This document shows positions 1-10,973 of a stretch of 64,000 bases of DNA, piece after piece. Below the pieces are notes generated by a model. That model had not been told where the DNA came from, did not search any database, and saw nothing but the letters and a program-made list of their open reading frames with translations. Each line of letters begins with the position of its first letter. The stretch's first letter is position 1. The DNA is from Minisyncoccota bacterium (GTDB lineage Bacteria > Patescibacteriota > Minisyncoccia > Phycocordibacterales > JBAYLF01): the NCBI GenBank assembly GCA_041664205.1, contig JBAYLF010000001.1:67380-131379 (forward strand), given 5' to 3'. The position numbers and the translations under genes were made by a program.

Positions 1-2643
1 TTCATAGAACGAAACAACATTCAAAAGTCTGGTAAATACTTTTTTTACAACTTCATCCAAACCTTTTTCAGTAAATGCTATTTCCTCCCCTTTTACTGCG
101 GGCGATGTCAAAAGATAAAATCTTAAAGCATCTGCGCCATATTTATCTAAAACATAATCTATCGGCGGATAATTTTTTAAATGTTTGCTCATTTTTTGTC
201 CGTCTTCTGCAAGAACAGTTCCATGTGTAATTACACATTTATATGGAGCATGATCAAAAAGTGCCGTTCCTAAAACAATCAATGAATAAAACCAGCCTCT
301 AGTCTGATCAATTCCTTCCGCAATAAAATCAGCTGGGTATCGTGTATTTTTTTCAGGATCGAATTTATCTTTATTTTCAAATGGATAGTGATTTTGTCCA
401 TAAGGCATTGAACCAGATTCAAACCAGCAATCAAAAACTTCTGGAACTCTTTTTAGAGTTGCTCCGGCCTCGCAATCACATTTAAAAGTAAGTTCATCGA
501 TATATGGCTTATGAAAATCGAGCTCATAATTTTCATTGTGGGGCAAAGTCGTAAACTCAAGTTTTATCATTCCTCCTGTAGGAATAAACTCCGAACTGTC
601 CTTAGTCATAGAAACCGTCTTTTTTACATCAAACCCTTCGCTTACAGATTTCAAAAGCCATGCTGGACATTCATGAGTAACGATTAAAATATTTTTCTTC
701 TCGTATTTATTATTTATATCGTAAATAAACTCTCCTACTCTTCTTTTTACATCTGAAAGATTTTCTCCATTCGGCGCCCTAGTGACAAATCTATCTTCAT
801 AACCTTTGAAATAATTTACATATTCATTTACAGATTTTCCATTTAAATCACCTGCATTAATTTCTCTGAGCCTATCATCAGTAATAATTTTTTCAGAAGA
901 AACACCTAAGGCTTTTGCAATAATTTCAGCGGTTTCCTTAGTTCTTAAAATTGGCGAACGAAATATAAGATCAATTTTTTCTTTTTTAAGAAGTTCAGCT
1001 GTATCAAGAACTTGATCTTTACCTTTTGAAGTTAGAGGTCTTGGTGTGCTATCGTCGCTATTTATAACACCTAGTGCATTACTTTCTGATTCGCCATGGC
1101 GCATTACAAAATAATTATTTCGCGTTCCTACTTTTTCTTTTATATCAGCAATAGATCCTAGAACAACTTTGTCGTCGCATTTTGTGCATGTCCAAACTGG
1201 AAGTGGCGCGCCCCAATATCTTGAACGTGAAATAGACCAATCAGGAGCTCCTTCAAGTAATTTGCCGAAACGGCCATCACGAATTTCCTCCGGTATCCAA
1301 TGAACTTTTTTATTTTCTTCAATTAATCTGTTCTTGAATTCTGAAACTTTAACAAACCATGAAGAAGTAGCGTAATTCAAAAGCGGTGTATCGCATCTCC
1401 AACAATGAGGATACGAGTGCGTAATCTTTTCTTTTTCAAAAAGAAGTCCTTTGCCCGCAAGATTTTTTAAAACAACAATGTCAGTAGATTGGTGATCATC
1501 TTTTGGCTTTACCATAAGACCAGCAAAATCAGTAACTTCTGATTTAAATTTTCCATCAATTCCAACATGATGAATTATCGGCAAATTTTTCTCATTGGCC
1601 AAATTCAAGTCGTCCCCTCCAAAAGCGGGAGCGATGTGAACAATTCCTGTTCCGTCTTCTGTTGTTACAAAATCCGCGCTATATACTTTCCAGCCATTTT
1701 CTATATTTGGAACTTTTGCGCCAATATAATAATTAAAAGCAGTCTTGTATTGAGTATTCAAAAGTCGGTCGCCATTAAATTCTTCAACAACTTTATATTC
1801 TTTATTTTTGAAAACTGTTTCGAGTCGCGACTTCGCAAGAATAAGAAATTCTTCTCTCGAATCTGCATCTTTTTTGTAAGAAACTTTTACATAAGGAATA
1901 TCACTTTTAATAGCAAGCGCAACATTTCCAGGAAGAGTCCATGGGGTTGTTGTCCAGGCTAACAAAAATGTTCCAGGTTCAGTAGCAATTTCAAATTTCA
2001 CATAAACAGAAATATCGGCAATATCTTTGTAGCCTTGTGATACTTCAAAGTTTGAAAGTGTTGTCTCGCAACGGGGACAAACATGCATCGCTTTAAAACC
2101 TTTATAAATGTAGCCTTTGTCAAAAATATTTTTAAATATCCACCAGACAGTTTCAGTGTAATCGGAATCCATTGTTCTGTAAGCATTCTCCATATCAGCC
2201 CATCGTCCCGTTCGTGGAATAATTTTCTTCCAATCATCTACATATCTTTGCACTGCTTCTCTGGCAGCCTGATTGAATTTAGCAACGCCAAAATTCTCAA
2301 TATCTTTTTTTACTTTTAGATTGAGTTCTTTTTCAATAATATTTTCAATAGGAAGACCGTGGCAATCCCAACCCCATCGACGAGGAACATATTTACCGCG
2401 CATTGTTTGGAAACGCGGAATCACGTCTTTCATTGTGCCAGGCAAAATGTGTCCGTAGTGCGGAAGTCCTGTAGCAAATGGTGGGCCATCATAAAAAACA
2501 AACTCGGTTTTACCCTCGTTTTTCTTGAGTGATTTTTCAAAAACTTTATTTTCCTGCCAGAAAGCAAGAATTTCCTCCTCTTTTTTAGATAGACTGCTTT
2601 TTTCCTGAACATTGTCAGGTTGTTTTTTTTGTTCTTCTGTCAT
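1..2643 (-). CDS. ileS: Isoleucyl-tRNA synthetase, C-terminus beyond window start, with an inserted ~190 aa SixA-like histidine phosphatase domain (about nt 545-1128)
   Basis: My translation of the minus strand from the ATG at 2641-2643 gives MTEEQKKQPDN...FYDGPPFATGLPHYGHIL...GWDCHGLP (HYGH motif), WTTTPWTLPGN, HCWRCDTPL, KMSKH (the KMSKS motif), then CWFESGS. Between TCTKCDDK and HKPYIDE the frame continues through FVMRHGESESN...RPLTSKGKDQ...SPILRTKET...ILIVTHECPAWLL, a complete histidine-phosphatase (RHG/H) fold. The ORF track omits this gene because it runs off the window edge. Confidence 0.85.
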   Translation of the reverse strand, partial: MTEEQKKQPDNVQEKSSLSKKEEEILAFWQENKVFEKSLKKNEGKTEFVFYDGPPFATGLPHYGHILPGTMKDVIPRFQTMRGKYVPRRWGWDCHGLPIENIIEKELNLKVKKDIENFGVAKFNQAAREAVQRYVDDWKKIIPRTGRWADMENAYRTMDSDYTETVWWIFKNIFDKGYIYKGFKAMHVCPRCETTLSNFEVSQGYKDIADISVYVKFEIATEPGTFLLAWTTTPWTLPGNVALAIKSDIPYVKVSYKKDADSREEFLILAKSRLETVFKNKEYKVVEEFNGDRLLNTQYKTAFNYYIGAKVPNIENGWKVYSADFVTTEDGTGIVHIAPAFGGDDLNLANEKNLPIIHHVGIDGKFKSEVTDFAGLMVKPKDDHQSTDIVVLKNLAGKGLLFEKEKITHSYPHCWRCDTPLLNYATSSWFVKVSEFKNRLIEENKKVHWIPEEIRDGRFGKLLEGAPDWSISRSRYWGAPLPVWTCTKCDDKVVLGSIADIKEKVGTRNNYFVMRHGESESNALGVINSDDSTPRPLTSKGKDQVLDTAELLKKEKIDLIFRSPILRTKETAEIIAKALGVSSEKIITDDRLREINAGDLNGKSVNEYVNYFKGYEDRFVTRAPNGENLSDVKRRVGEFIYDINNKYEKKNILIVTHECPAWLLKSVSEGFDVKKTVSMTKDSSEFIPTGGMIKLEFTTLPHNENYELDFHKPYIDELTFKCDCEAGATLKRVPEVFDCWFESGSMPYGQNHYPFENKDKFDPEKNTRYPADFIAEGIDQTRGWFYSLIVLGTALFDHAPYKCVITHGTVLAEDGQKMSKHLKNYPPIDYVLDKYGADALRFYLLTSPAVKGEEIAFTEKGLDEVVKKVFTRLLNVVSFYE

Positions 2644-2789
2644 AATTCCCTATCATAACAATTTTTCCGAATTTTTCTAGTATTATAAAAAAAGGAGTTA
2701 CTCACAATAAATGTGGTAACCCCTTTGATGTTTTCTTAATCTTTCAATTTAAAAAACATATTAGATTAGATACAATCTCTCTTCGAGTT

Positions 2790-3347
2790 TTAGTATCCAT
2801 ACGCCCGACGAAGTGCCTTTCGAAGTTCAGCATCCTCACGAGCTTTCCTTTTTTCTTGTGCGATTCTCTCCCTACTGATCATTGCACACACTTTTGCATG
2901 TGCTTCCTCATGCTTGCTTTCAAGCAATTCATAGAGATTAAGAATCGGATCGGCAGAAGATTCCATGTCCCGGGCTATTGTTTTAACCCAACGTCCGTGA
3001 CCACGAGCATCAAGTCCTCCATAGAAAATCAGAAACATGGTCAATATGGTCCATTTATCTGTGTCATGGAAATTGCCAATCACTGTAATGTGATACTTTT
3101 CTTTGACTGCGTTCAGTGCCTTCGTTACACGTTCTGCATCCTTGCCACCCACATCCTTGAAATAAGCCAGCACCAACTTACTAATAGTGCCGAAACTCAT
3201 AACATCACCGCTGCGAACGAACACTTCGTCATTGTGAATAAGTTCGTTTACAGCTTTTACAAGAAGTTGTTCATCTTGTAATTCTTCGGGTGTAAGCTGA
3301 TGAAGTTCCACTTCATCCAATTCATTAAGAATATTTCTCATATACAA
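2790..3347 (-). CDS. Hypothetical protein, compositionally atypical (GC clearly above local background)
   Basis: 185 aa ORF with no recognisable motifs. Sequence such as cgcccgacgaagtgcctttcgaagttcagcatcctcacgagc contrasts with its roughly 30% GC neighbours. Confidence 0.4.
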   Translation of the reverse strand: MYMRNILNELDEVELHQLTPEELQDEQLLVKAVNELIHNDEVFVRSGDVMSFGTISKLVLAYFKDVGGKDAERVTKALNAVKEKYHITVIGNFHDTDKWTILTMFLIFYGGLDARGHGRWVKTIARDMESSADPILNLYELLESKHEEAHAKVCAMISRERIAQEKRKAREDAELRKALRRAYGY

Positions 3348-3505
3348 TCATAAGTAATTGATCAGATATCGCTCTAATCGATTGCGTGTCTCTTTTAAAA
3401 GAACATTTTATACTAAAATTATAGCAAATTTAATATCATTTGTCAAGCATATGTATCATAAACACGCATACTTGAAAAAATTAGTATTATACAGAAATTT
3501 AGTTT

Positions 3506-5236
3506 CTACATCTTCTCTGGAACCTTGATTCCTAAAAGATGCAATCCGTTTTTGAGCGTAATATAAACAGCCTTAGTTAAAGCCAATCTATGAGCCGAAG
3601 TTTTTAAATCGTCTGGATCAAGAATTTTATTATTAGCATAAAAGCTATTAAAAAGTGAGGCAATCTCTGTTAAATAAATAGCAATATAATGCAAAGAATA
3701 TTCATTTTGGGATCTTACTACTATTTCAGGAAAACGATAAAGCATTTTTTCCAACTCTGATGACCCCTCATCAATATCATCGGATAGTTCTTTTTCTATT
3801 GTTTCTACCAATCCTGAATTATTTAATTTTTCTAAAACTGATTTTGCGCGAACAAAAGAATATTGAATATAAGGACCGGAATCACCTTCAAATGAAATTG
3901 ATTTTTCAAAATCATAAATAATATCAGAGCCAGCAGACTGTTTTAATATAGAATATTTTATCGCGCCAATCGAAACTCTCTCTGCTATTTCTTTTTTCTC
4001 ATCGTCATCAAATCCACGATCTTTTATTTTTTCTTCTATCAATTTACTTATATCAGACATAAGAGACTCAGCTGTTATAACATCACCTGTGCGTGAAGAC
4101 ATTTTTCCAGTTGGAAGTCGTAGCATTCCGTGAGAAAGATGCTTAGTCTTAGCTCGTAATTCTGGGAATAAAAGCTCCATCGCTTTTAGCACTACGCTAA
4201 AATAGTCCCTAACTTCATTACCTGTAATTATTATAGATTTGTCATAAGAATATTCATCGTGTTTTATTTTTGCCAAACCAAGTTCTTTTGCTTCATATGT
4301 CGCTATTCCCTCTTTATTTATAAAAACCCTAGTATGCAGATCATATTTTTCTCCTTTAAAAATAACTGCGCCATCGCTTTTTTCAAAAATTTTGCCGATA
4401 TTTTCTTCGACTATTTTTTTACCAAGATCTGCGGTATTGCTTTCAAAAAAATAATAATCGAATGTTGTTCCAAGTTTTTTGTATATTCCTTCAAAATATT
4501 CTAAACTCCATTTTTTACCAAGATCATATAGGGCATTTATTTTTTTGTCAGATCGTTCGTAAATTTTTTTGTTAAGTTCTGCAATTTCTTGTTTATGTTC
4601 ATCATCGCTTTCATACATCATTGAGCCAGTTTTGTAACACATTCCTAAAAATTCCGCCTTACTAATAACTGAGTCTTTTTCATTAGGTAAAAGACTTTCA
4701 TTCATAAGAATTCCGCTCATAGCTTTTGCAACATGAAGCCCGACATCACCTTGATAACAGGCACGTTTTACTTCTGCGCCAGAAAATTCAACAAGTCTAG
4801 CGATTGATTCGCCAATTGAGTTCGACATCAAATGTCCGATATGAAATTCCTTAAATGGATTTGGGTCCGTGTATTCGATAATAACTTTTTTGTTTTTTAA
4901 AGAATCATTTTTTCCAAAATTTTCTCCTTCTTCGACTATCTGTTTAATACTATTTGCAAAAAATTCGTGCGACAAATAGAAGTTTATAAAACCAGGACCG
5001 GCAACCTCAACCTTTTCAATTTCTGGAATTTTATTTTTTGAAATTTCGGCGACAACTTTTTCAGCAAGATCTTTCGGAGAAGTTTTTAGTTGTTTTGAAT
5101 AAACAAGCGCTACATTAGTAGAATAGTCACCATTAGAAATATCTTCTGGATGTTCAGTAACAATATTTGAAACATCAGCATCTATTCCGAGTTTTTTTAA
5201 AGCTTCACCTATTAAAATTTTTAATTTTTCCTGCAT
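3506..5236 (-). CDS. argS: Arginyl-tRNA synthetase
   Basis: 576 aa. HIGH-type motif in PNPFKEFHIGHLMSN, an N-terminal Arg-tRNA synthetase N-domain-like region, and the typical ...VPEKM C-terminus. Confidence 0.9.
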   Translation of the reverse strand: MQEKLKILIGEALKKLGIDADVSNIVTEHPEDISNGDYSTNVALVYSKQLKTSPKDLAEKVVAEISKNKIPEIEKVEVAGPGFINFYLSHEFFANSIKQIVEEGENFGKNDSLKNKKVIIEYTDPNPFKEFHIGHLMSNSIGESIARLVEFSGAEVKRACYQGDVGLHVAKAMSGILMNESLLPNEKDSVISKAEFLGMCYKTGSMMYESDDEHKQEIAELNKKIYERSDKKINALYDLGKKWSLEYFEGIYKKLGTTFDYYFFESNTADLGKKIVEENIGKIFEKSDGAVIFKGEKYDLHTRVFINKEGIATYEAKELGLAKIKHDEYSYDKSIIITGNEVRDYFSVVLKAMELLFPELRAKTKHLSHGMLRLPTGKMSSRTGDVITAESLMSDISKLIEEKIKDRGFDDDEKKEIAERVSIGAIKYSILKQSAGSDIIYDFEKSISFEGDSGPYIQYSFVRAKSVLEKLNNSGLVETIEKELSDDIDEGSSELEKMLYRFPEIVVRSQNEYSLHYIAIYLTEIASLFNSFYANNKILDPDDLKTSAHRLALTKAVYITLKNGLHLLGIKVPEKM

Positions 5237-5247
5237 TGTTTTAAAAT

Positions 5248-5745
5248 TTATTTTCCTGAACTGCCAAAACCTTTTTTACCTCTTTGCGAGTCAGCCAGAG
5301 ATGTAACTTCCTTAACCTTAACCGATTCTTTTTTCTGAATAACCATCTGCGCTACCTTGTGGCCTTTTTCAAATTTATACACTTTTTTGGAAAGATTTAC
5401 TATACCAACTTTCACTTCACCTCGAAAGCCAGCATCGACAACACCACCTAAAGTTTTCAATCCAAAATTATGAGAAAGTCCGCTTTTATCCCAGATAAGT
5501 CCAACATATCCTTTTGGAATTTCTATCGCAACACCTGTGGCAACCGAAAATCTTTCGCCTGGCTTAAGCGTTACATTTTCATTTGAATATAGATCAAGAC
5601 CAGCATCGTCATGATTAGCATAGTTTGGTAAAATTGCGCTTTTATCCAACTTCTGAATTTTTAGTGTAATTGACATGAGGATATTGTAACAAAAAAGGCC
5701 TAACTTTGTTAGACCTTTATATTTTATACTTATCTTATTTAACAA
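5248..5745 (-). CDS. dut: dUTP diphosphatase
   Basis: 165 aa. dUTPase motifs are present (AGLDLYS, GERFSVATGV, GLIWDKSGL, VDAGFRGEV). Confidence 0.85.
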   Translation of the reverse strand: MLNKISIKYKGLTKLGLFCYNILMSITLKIQKLDKSAILPNYANHDDAGLDLYSNENVTLKPGERFSVATGVAIEIPKGYVGLIWDKSGLSHNFGLKTLGGVVDAGFRGEVKVGIVNLSKKVYKFEKGHKVAQMVIQKKESVKVKEVTSLADSQRGKKGFGSSGK

Positions 5746-6406
5746 GAATGCTTATTATTTCAAGACATTGCTTCTCCACAGCATCCGCAGACTGATTGGC
5801 ATCGATAATCTCGCAAGGAATACAGGGTAAAGAATCTTGATATCCTTTAGCCATTCTTTCATAGAAATCCTGATATCCTTTAGCCATTCTTTCATAGAAC
5901 CATCGAGGCTGATCATGGAAATGATGCGATATATCAGGACGAGCTTTATATCTCTTCTCAGCAACATCAAGATCAACGTTCAGATATATATACAAATCTG
6001 GAGCATTAAATGCATAAAATCTTCTCGCCTCAAAAAACCAATCTTTAAGAACAGGATATCCTCGTTCATATATCTGAATAGCATAAGTTGAGCTATCAAA
6101 TCTGTCACAAATAACATTTGCGCCTGATTTAATGGCTGGCGCTATAAGTTTTTGAACATGATCAATGCGTGCAGCCGTGATCATAAGAAAATCGACAGCA
6201 ATATCAGCACCTCTGGCTTCTTCAGATAAAATCACCGTTCTTAGTTTTTCAGCAAGAGGAGATCCGCCCGGCTCTCGTGTAAAAACAAAACTTTCCGAAG
6301 AAAGTTTAGCTTTTAGATTTTTTATCAGCGTAGTTTTGCCCGAACCTCTTATACCATCAACAACAATGAACTTGCCTTTCTTGTTTTTCATAGTTTCTTC
6401 GCCCAT
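5735..6406 (-). CDS. tmk: Thymidylate kinase (contains an in-frame 33-bp tandem duplication)
   Basis: P-loop VVDGIRGSGKTT and a dTMP kinase-like core. FYERMAKGYQD occurs twice in tandem, from identical 33-nt units at 5839-5871 and 5872-5904. Confidence 0.85.
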   Translation of the reverse strand: MGEETMKNKKGKFIVVDGIRGSGKTTLIKNLKAKLSSESFVFTREPGGSPLAEKLRTVILSEEARGADIAVDFLMITAARIDHVQKLIAPAIKSGANVICDRFDSSTYAIQIYERGYPVLKDWFFEARRFYAFNAPDLYIYLNVDLDVAEKRYKARPDISHHFHDQPRWFYERMAKGYQDFYERMAKGYQDSLPCIPCEIIDANQSADAVEKQCLEIISILVK

Positions 6407-6412
6407 CTTAAC

Positions 6413-6898
6413 TTAAAAAATTTCTTCAAGCAATAAGACTGTATGGTTTGAAATTTCATATTTATCTTTCGGTTCGATATCTTTATGTTTTCCCCACTTC
6501 AAATGAATAGTTGTGCAACCAAGCAAATTTCCAAATCGAATTTCAGTATCTATTCTATTTCCAATAACCCAAACTGACAAAGCATCGTCAATTTTATATT
6601 CAGAGATTTTTTCTTTAAATATTTTTTCTTTTTCTTCATCTGTGCCGCAAATAATAATTTGATCAAAATATCCTCGAATACCCAGCACGTCTATTTTTTC
6701 ATTTTGAATTTCTGGATCGCCTCTTGAAATTAAAATTTTCGGACAAGTTATTTTTCCAAGAAGTATTTTGGAATATGGGAATAGAGTTATTGATAAAATA
6801 TCTTTATGAGATGCATCTAACTGTCCTGTTGTATCAAACAGAGTGTCATCGAGATCTATCAATAAAAGTTTCGGTTGTTCATTAAAAATTTTTTTCAT
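6413..6898 (-). CDS. HAD-superfamily hydrolase (probable nucleotidase or phosphatase)
   Basis: N-terminal LLIDLDDTLFDT is HAD motif I with a DxD catalytic pair. The protein is small (161 aa). Confidence 0.6.
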   Translation of the reverse strand: MKKIFNEQPKLLLIDLDDTLFDTTGQLDASHKDILSITLFPYSKILLGKITCPKILISRGDPEIQNEKIDVLGIRGYFDQIIICGTDEEKEKIFKEKISEYKIDDALSVWVIGNRIDTEIRFGNLLGCTTIHLKWGKHKDIEPKDKYEISNHTVLLLEEIF

Positions 6899-6954
6899 TT
6901 ATTTTATAGTATAACAAAAAGACCGCAATATTTTGCGGTCTTTTGATAAAATAA

Positions 6955-7938
6955 TTACAAACTAGCTATTACAGAAGCAATTTTTACATTATGTCTTACG
7001 ATATTGCCTGTCTGATCGGCAAAATTTCTGACTATAATCCGCTCAGCAAACTTACTAAGTTCATCATTATTTACAACAACAGGGTGAGCTTTTTCTTCAG
7101 AATATTTTACGATGATAGCCTCGCTTATACAAGCGGGATCATTGCATAATATAGCATCGAAATTATCACAACCAATATGTTTAAGAAGAACTCTGGCAAA
7201 ATCAGTGGCAGTAAAACCATCTGTTTCAGCCTTTTTTGTCATTACATTTACAATACATATAAGACTGGCTTTTGTTTCCTCAATAGCATCCTTAAATCCA
7301 TTTACCAAAGTATTTGGAATTGTAGAAGTAAAGAAATCACCAGGACAAAATACGATCTTCTGAGCATTAACGATCGCTTGATAAGCTTCTGTGTAAATAA
7401 AAGCTTCCGGCTCTAAAAATGCCCTGACGATAGTTCTGTCATCATCGATCGATCTTGTGTCTATATTACCTTCGCCTTTTATAATACTTCCATCATTAAG
7501 TTCTACACAAAGATCAGCATCGTCCAGACTTACCGGTAAAACTTTTCCTTTAACCCCATACCACTGACACATCGTATTGATAGCGGATGGTAAACTTCCA
7601 GTAATTTCTGTAAGCGCCGTAAGAAAAAGATTTCCCATCGTCACACCATCAAGTGATGATCCGTTTTGCGGTTCAAATCTGAAAGACAAAAGTTTTCGCA
7701 AAGTTGGCTCAATTTTATCATCCGCTAGAGCCAAGATCGCTTGTCTAATATCTCCTGGAGGTAAAACTCCTCTTTCATCGCGAAGCTGACCTGAATGACC
7801 ACCGTGATCAAAAGTGGTTTGAATAGTTGTTATATTCGATCTTATACGTTTTAAAAAATGTGCGATGCGATAAACTCCACCGCCACCACCAATAAGCACA
7901 ATTGATTCTTTTATTTTATTCACAGCTGTTTGTTTCAA
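6955..7938 (-). CDS. YvcK/CofD-family protein (UPF0052, gluconeogenesis-factor family)
   Basis: N-terminal glycine-rich loop IVLIGGGGGVYR..., and a length and pattern typical of the CofD/YvcK family. Confidence 0.7.
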   Translation of the reverse strand: MKQTAVNKIKESIVLIGGGGGVYRIAHFLKRIRSNITTIQTTFDHGGHSGQLRDERGVLPPGDIRQAILALADDKIEPTLRKLLSFRFEPQNGSSLDGVTMGNLFLTALTEITGSLPSAINTMCQWYGVKGKVLPVSLDDADLCVELNDGSIIKGEGNIDTRSIDDDRTIVRAFLEPEAFIYTEAYQAIVNAQKIVFCPGDFFTSTIPNTLVNGFKDAIEETKASLICIVNVMTKKAETDGFTATDFARVLLKHIGCDNFDAILCNDPACISEAIIVKYSEEKAHPVVVNNDELSKFAERIIVRNFADQTGNIVRHNVKIASVIASL

Positions 7939-8038
7939 TTAACAATTCTGCTAGAACTCTACCTGCTAACTATAAAAAAGCAAGAATAAAAAATCGCTTG
8001 TAAATTATACAAGCGATTTTTAAATATTTTTGGATAAA

Positions 8039-10795
8039 TTATTTCTGATCCGCAAGGGCTGCTTGGGCTGCAGCAAGCTTTGCTACTGAAACACGGAATG
8101 GACTGCAACTTACATAAGTTAAGCCTATCCTGTGGCAGAATTTTACGCTTTCAGGCTCGCCACCATGCTCTCCGCAAATTCCAAGTTTGATATCTGGTCT
8201 GGTCTTTTGTCCCAAATCTTTCGCAATTTGTATAAGCTTTCCAACACCATGCTGATCTATTGTTGAAAATGGATTCTTGGCGATAATTTCATTTTCAATA
8301 TATGCAGGCAAGAAACTTCCAGAATCATCTCGGCTCATACCAAGAGTTGTCTGTGTTAGATCATTTGTTCCAAAGCTGAAAAACTGGGCATCTTTTGCAA
8401 TTTCATCAGCAATAACAGCAGCACGTGGAATTTCTATCATTGTTCCAACTTTGTAATCAAATTTTACTTTTTTTTCTTTCGCAACTTCAGATGCAACGCG
8501 ATTAACAATTTCGAGCTGCATTTTTAATTCTTTTGTAAACCCAACAAGCGGGATCATGATCTCTGGCTTAACTTTAATTCCCTGTTTCATCACTTCTGCC
8601 GCAGCCTCAAAAACAGCTCGCGCCTGCATCTCAGAAATTTCAGGATATGAAATTCCTAAACGGCATCCTCGGTGGCCAAGCATCGGATTAAATTCGTGGA
8701 GTTCGTGAACTCGCTTTGCAATAAATTCAGAAGAAACTCCTATCTTTTGCGACAGATCATCTTGAGTCGTTATGTCGTGAGGCAAGAACTCATGTAAAGG
8801 TGGGTCGAGAAATCGAATAGTAGCTGGCAAACCTTTTAAAGCTTTAAATATTCCTGCAAAATCTTTTCGCTGATAAGGCAAAAGCTTCTGAAGCGCTTTG
8901 ACCCTTTCTTCTTTATCTTCAGCTAATATCATTTCGCGCATTGCATCAATTCGATCGCCTTCAAAAAACATGTGCTCAGTTCGGCAAAGGCCGATTCCTT
9001 CTGCTCCAAAAGCTAAAGCATTTTCAACTTGCTCTGGGGTATCAGCATTAGTTCTCACTCCAAGCTTTCTGAATTTATCAACCCAGCTCATAAGTTGTGA
9101 AAATTCCTTAAAAGTCTGACTCTTCTTTGGATCCAAAGTTTTTTCAACCAGGACTTGAACAACTTCTGACGGTGCAGTCTTTACTTCGCCTTCAAAAATC
9201 TCGCCTGTTGTTCCATCAATAGAAATGTAGTCACCTTGCTTAAATGTTTTTTCGTTTGCGGTTAATGTCTTTTTTGCGTAATCAATATGAAGAGTAGAAA
9301 CTCCGCAAACACAAACTTTACCCATTTGTCTTGCAACTAAAGCCGCATGTGAAGATACTCCGCCTCGTGCAGTCAAAATTCCTTCTGCAGCGATCATTCC
9401 TCTAAGATCTTCTGGTGATGTTTCGATTCTAACAAGAATAACTTTTTCGCCTTTGTGCGCCATTTCAACAGCATCAGTTGCGTTGAAAACAATTTTTCCG
9501 GAAGCGGCACCTGGGCCCGCCGCCAAACCAACTGCAATCTTTTCGGCGCTTCTTGCTGAACTCTTATCAAATATCGGCGCAAGAACGTGTGCTAGAGAAT
9601 CAGCTGGAATTCTTTTTACAGCTTCTTCTTTAGTGATCAATTTTTCATTTACCATGTCAACGGCAATTTTTACAGCGGCCAAGCCAGTTCTTTTGCCGTT
9701 TCTTGTTTGAAGCATATACAAATGATTGTCTTCAACAGTAAATTCAAAATCCTGCATATCTTTAAAGTGCTTCTCCAAAGCTTCTCGCACTTTTAATAAA
9801 TCCTTATAAGCTTGAGGCATTTCTTCTGCAAGTTTCAAAACTGGATGAGGTGTTCGAACTCCAGCAACTACATCTTCGCCTTGTGCGTTTATCAAATATT
9901 CTCCATAGAAAGCTTTTTCACCAGTTGCAGGATTTCGAGTGAATGCAACTCCAGTCGCACTTGTATCTCCCATGTTTCCAAAAACCATTGTCTGAACGTT
10001 TACCGCAGTTCCCCATTCGTGAGGAATTCCATACTTTCGACGATAAACAATCGCGCGATCATTGTTCCAAGAACTGAATACTGCGCCAATAGAACCCCAG
10101 AGTTGTTCTCTCGGATCTTGAGGAAATGCTTTTCCTGTTCGCTCTTTTATAAGATCTTTAAATCCTTGAACAAGTTTTTTCAAATCTTCTACTTTAAGTT
10201 CTGTATCATCTTTAACTCTTGCCTCTCGTTTAATTTCTTCAATCACAACTTCAAATGGTTCATGATCTTCGTCTGGCTTTCTTTGAACTCCCATAACAAC
10301 GTCGCCATACATCTGCACAAATCTGCGGTATGAATCCCAAGCAAAGCGATGATTTCCGGTTCTCTCTCCTACAATCTCAACAGTTTTGTCATTCATTCCC
10401 AAGTTCAAAATCGTATCCATCATTCCAGGCATTGAGTCGCGAGCACCTGATCGCACTGAAACAAGCAAAGGCTTTTCTTTGTCGCCCAACTTTTTTCCGA
10501 CAGATTTTTCAAGCTTTAAAAGCGCAGCTTCAACCTGTGCCTTTAATTCAGCTGGATATTTTTTGCCATTTTCATAAAAATAATTGCAAACTTCCGTTGT
10601 AAGAGTAAATCCTGGAGGAACAGGAAGTCCTATGCGGGTCATTTCTGCAAGATTTGCACCCTTACCTCCTAAAAGCGGTTTCATACTGCCGTCGCCATCA
10701 GCACCACCATTACCAAAAAAATAAACGTACTTACCTTTTTTTCCTGCACTTTTCGATTTTGAGTTCGAAGCAGAAGTTTTTCCTTTTGTAGCCAT
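8039..10795 (-). CDS. ppdK: Pyruvate, phosphate dikinase
   Basis: [11 protein letters not shown] near the N-terminus, a central phospho-His domain ([15 protein letters not shown]) and a C-terminal PEP-utilising TIM domain. The likely start is MATKGK at 10795, not the upstream M at 10849. Confidence 0.9.
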   Translation of the reverse strand: MATKGKTSASNSKSKSAGKKGKYVYFFGNGGADGDGSMKPLLGGKGANLAEMTRIGLPVPPGFTLTTEVCNYFYENGKKYPAELKAQVEAALLKLEKSVGKKLGDKEKPLLVSVRSGARDSMPGMMDTILNLGMNDKTVEIVGERTGNHRFAWDSYRRFVQMYGDVVMGVQRKPDEDHEPFEVVIEEIKREARVKDDTELKVEDLKKLVQGFKDLIKERTGKAFPQDPREQLWGSIGAVFSSWNNDRAIVYRRKYGIPHEWGTAVNVQTMVFGNMGDTSATGVAFTRNPATGEKAFYGEYLINAQGEDVVAGVRTPHPVLKLAEEMPQAYKDLLKVREALEKHFKDMQDFEFTVEDNHLYMLQTRNGKRTGLAAVKIAVDMVNEKLITKEEAVKRIPADSLAHVLAPIFDKSSARSAEKIAVGLAAGPGAASGKIVFNATDAVEMAHKGEKVILVRIETSPEDLRGMIAAEGILTARGGVSSHAALVARQMGKVCVCGVSTLHIDYAKKTLTANEKTFKQGDYISIDGTTGEIFEGEVKTAPSEVVQVLVEKTLDPKKSQTFKEFSQLMSWVDKFRKLGVRTNADTPEQVENALAFGAEGIGLCRTEHMFFEGDRIDAMREMILAEDKEERVKALQKLLPYQRKDFAGIFKALKGLPATIRFLDPPLHEFLPHDITTQDDLSQKIGVSSEFIAKRVHELHEFNPMLGHRGCRLGISYPEISEMQARAVFEAAAEVMKQGIKVKPEIMIPLVGFTKELKMQLEIVNRVASEVAKEKKVKFDYKVGTMIEIPRAAVIADEIAKDAQFFSFGTNDLTQTTLGMSRDDSGSFLPAYIENEIIAKNPFSTIDQHGVGKLIQIAKDLGQKTRPDIKLGICGEHGGEPESVKFCHRIGLTYVSCSPFRVSVAKLAAAQAALADQK

Positions 10796-10973
10796 ATTTT
10801 TAAAAAGAATGAATGAATAATTAAATAATGTAGGAATATGATAACACAATATGTTTTAAAAATAAAAAAATTGGGCATTTTAGACTATACAACTATAAAT
10901 TTGTGTAGTCTGAAAAATTTTTCTTCTAAAATTCATTCACTTTATGCTAAAGTAGCCTCAGAAAAACAGTACT

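Noticed and set aside
1567-2612. ORF-track ORFs 1567..1962(+), 1998..2237(-), 2083..2319(+), 2273..2458(+) and 2430..2612(-)
   Set aside because: All lie inside, antisense to or out of frame with the long continuous ileS reading frame on the minus strand. Their sequences are low-complexity, typical of spurious ORFs in AT-rich DNA.
9394-10878. Multiple plus-strand and short minus-strand ORFs within the ppdK span
   Set aside because: They are antisense or alternate-frame ORFs overlapping a highly canonical PPDK gene, so they were not reported.
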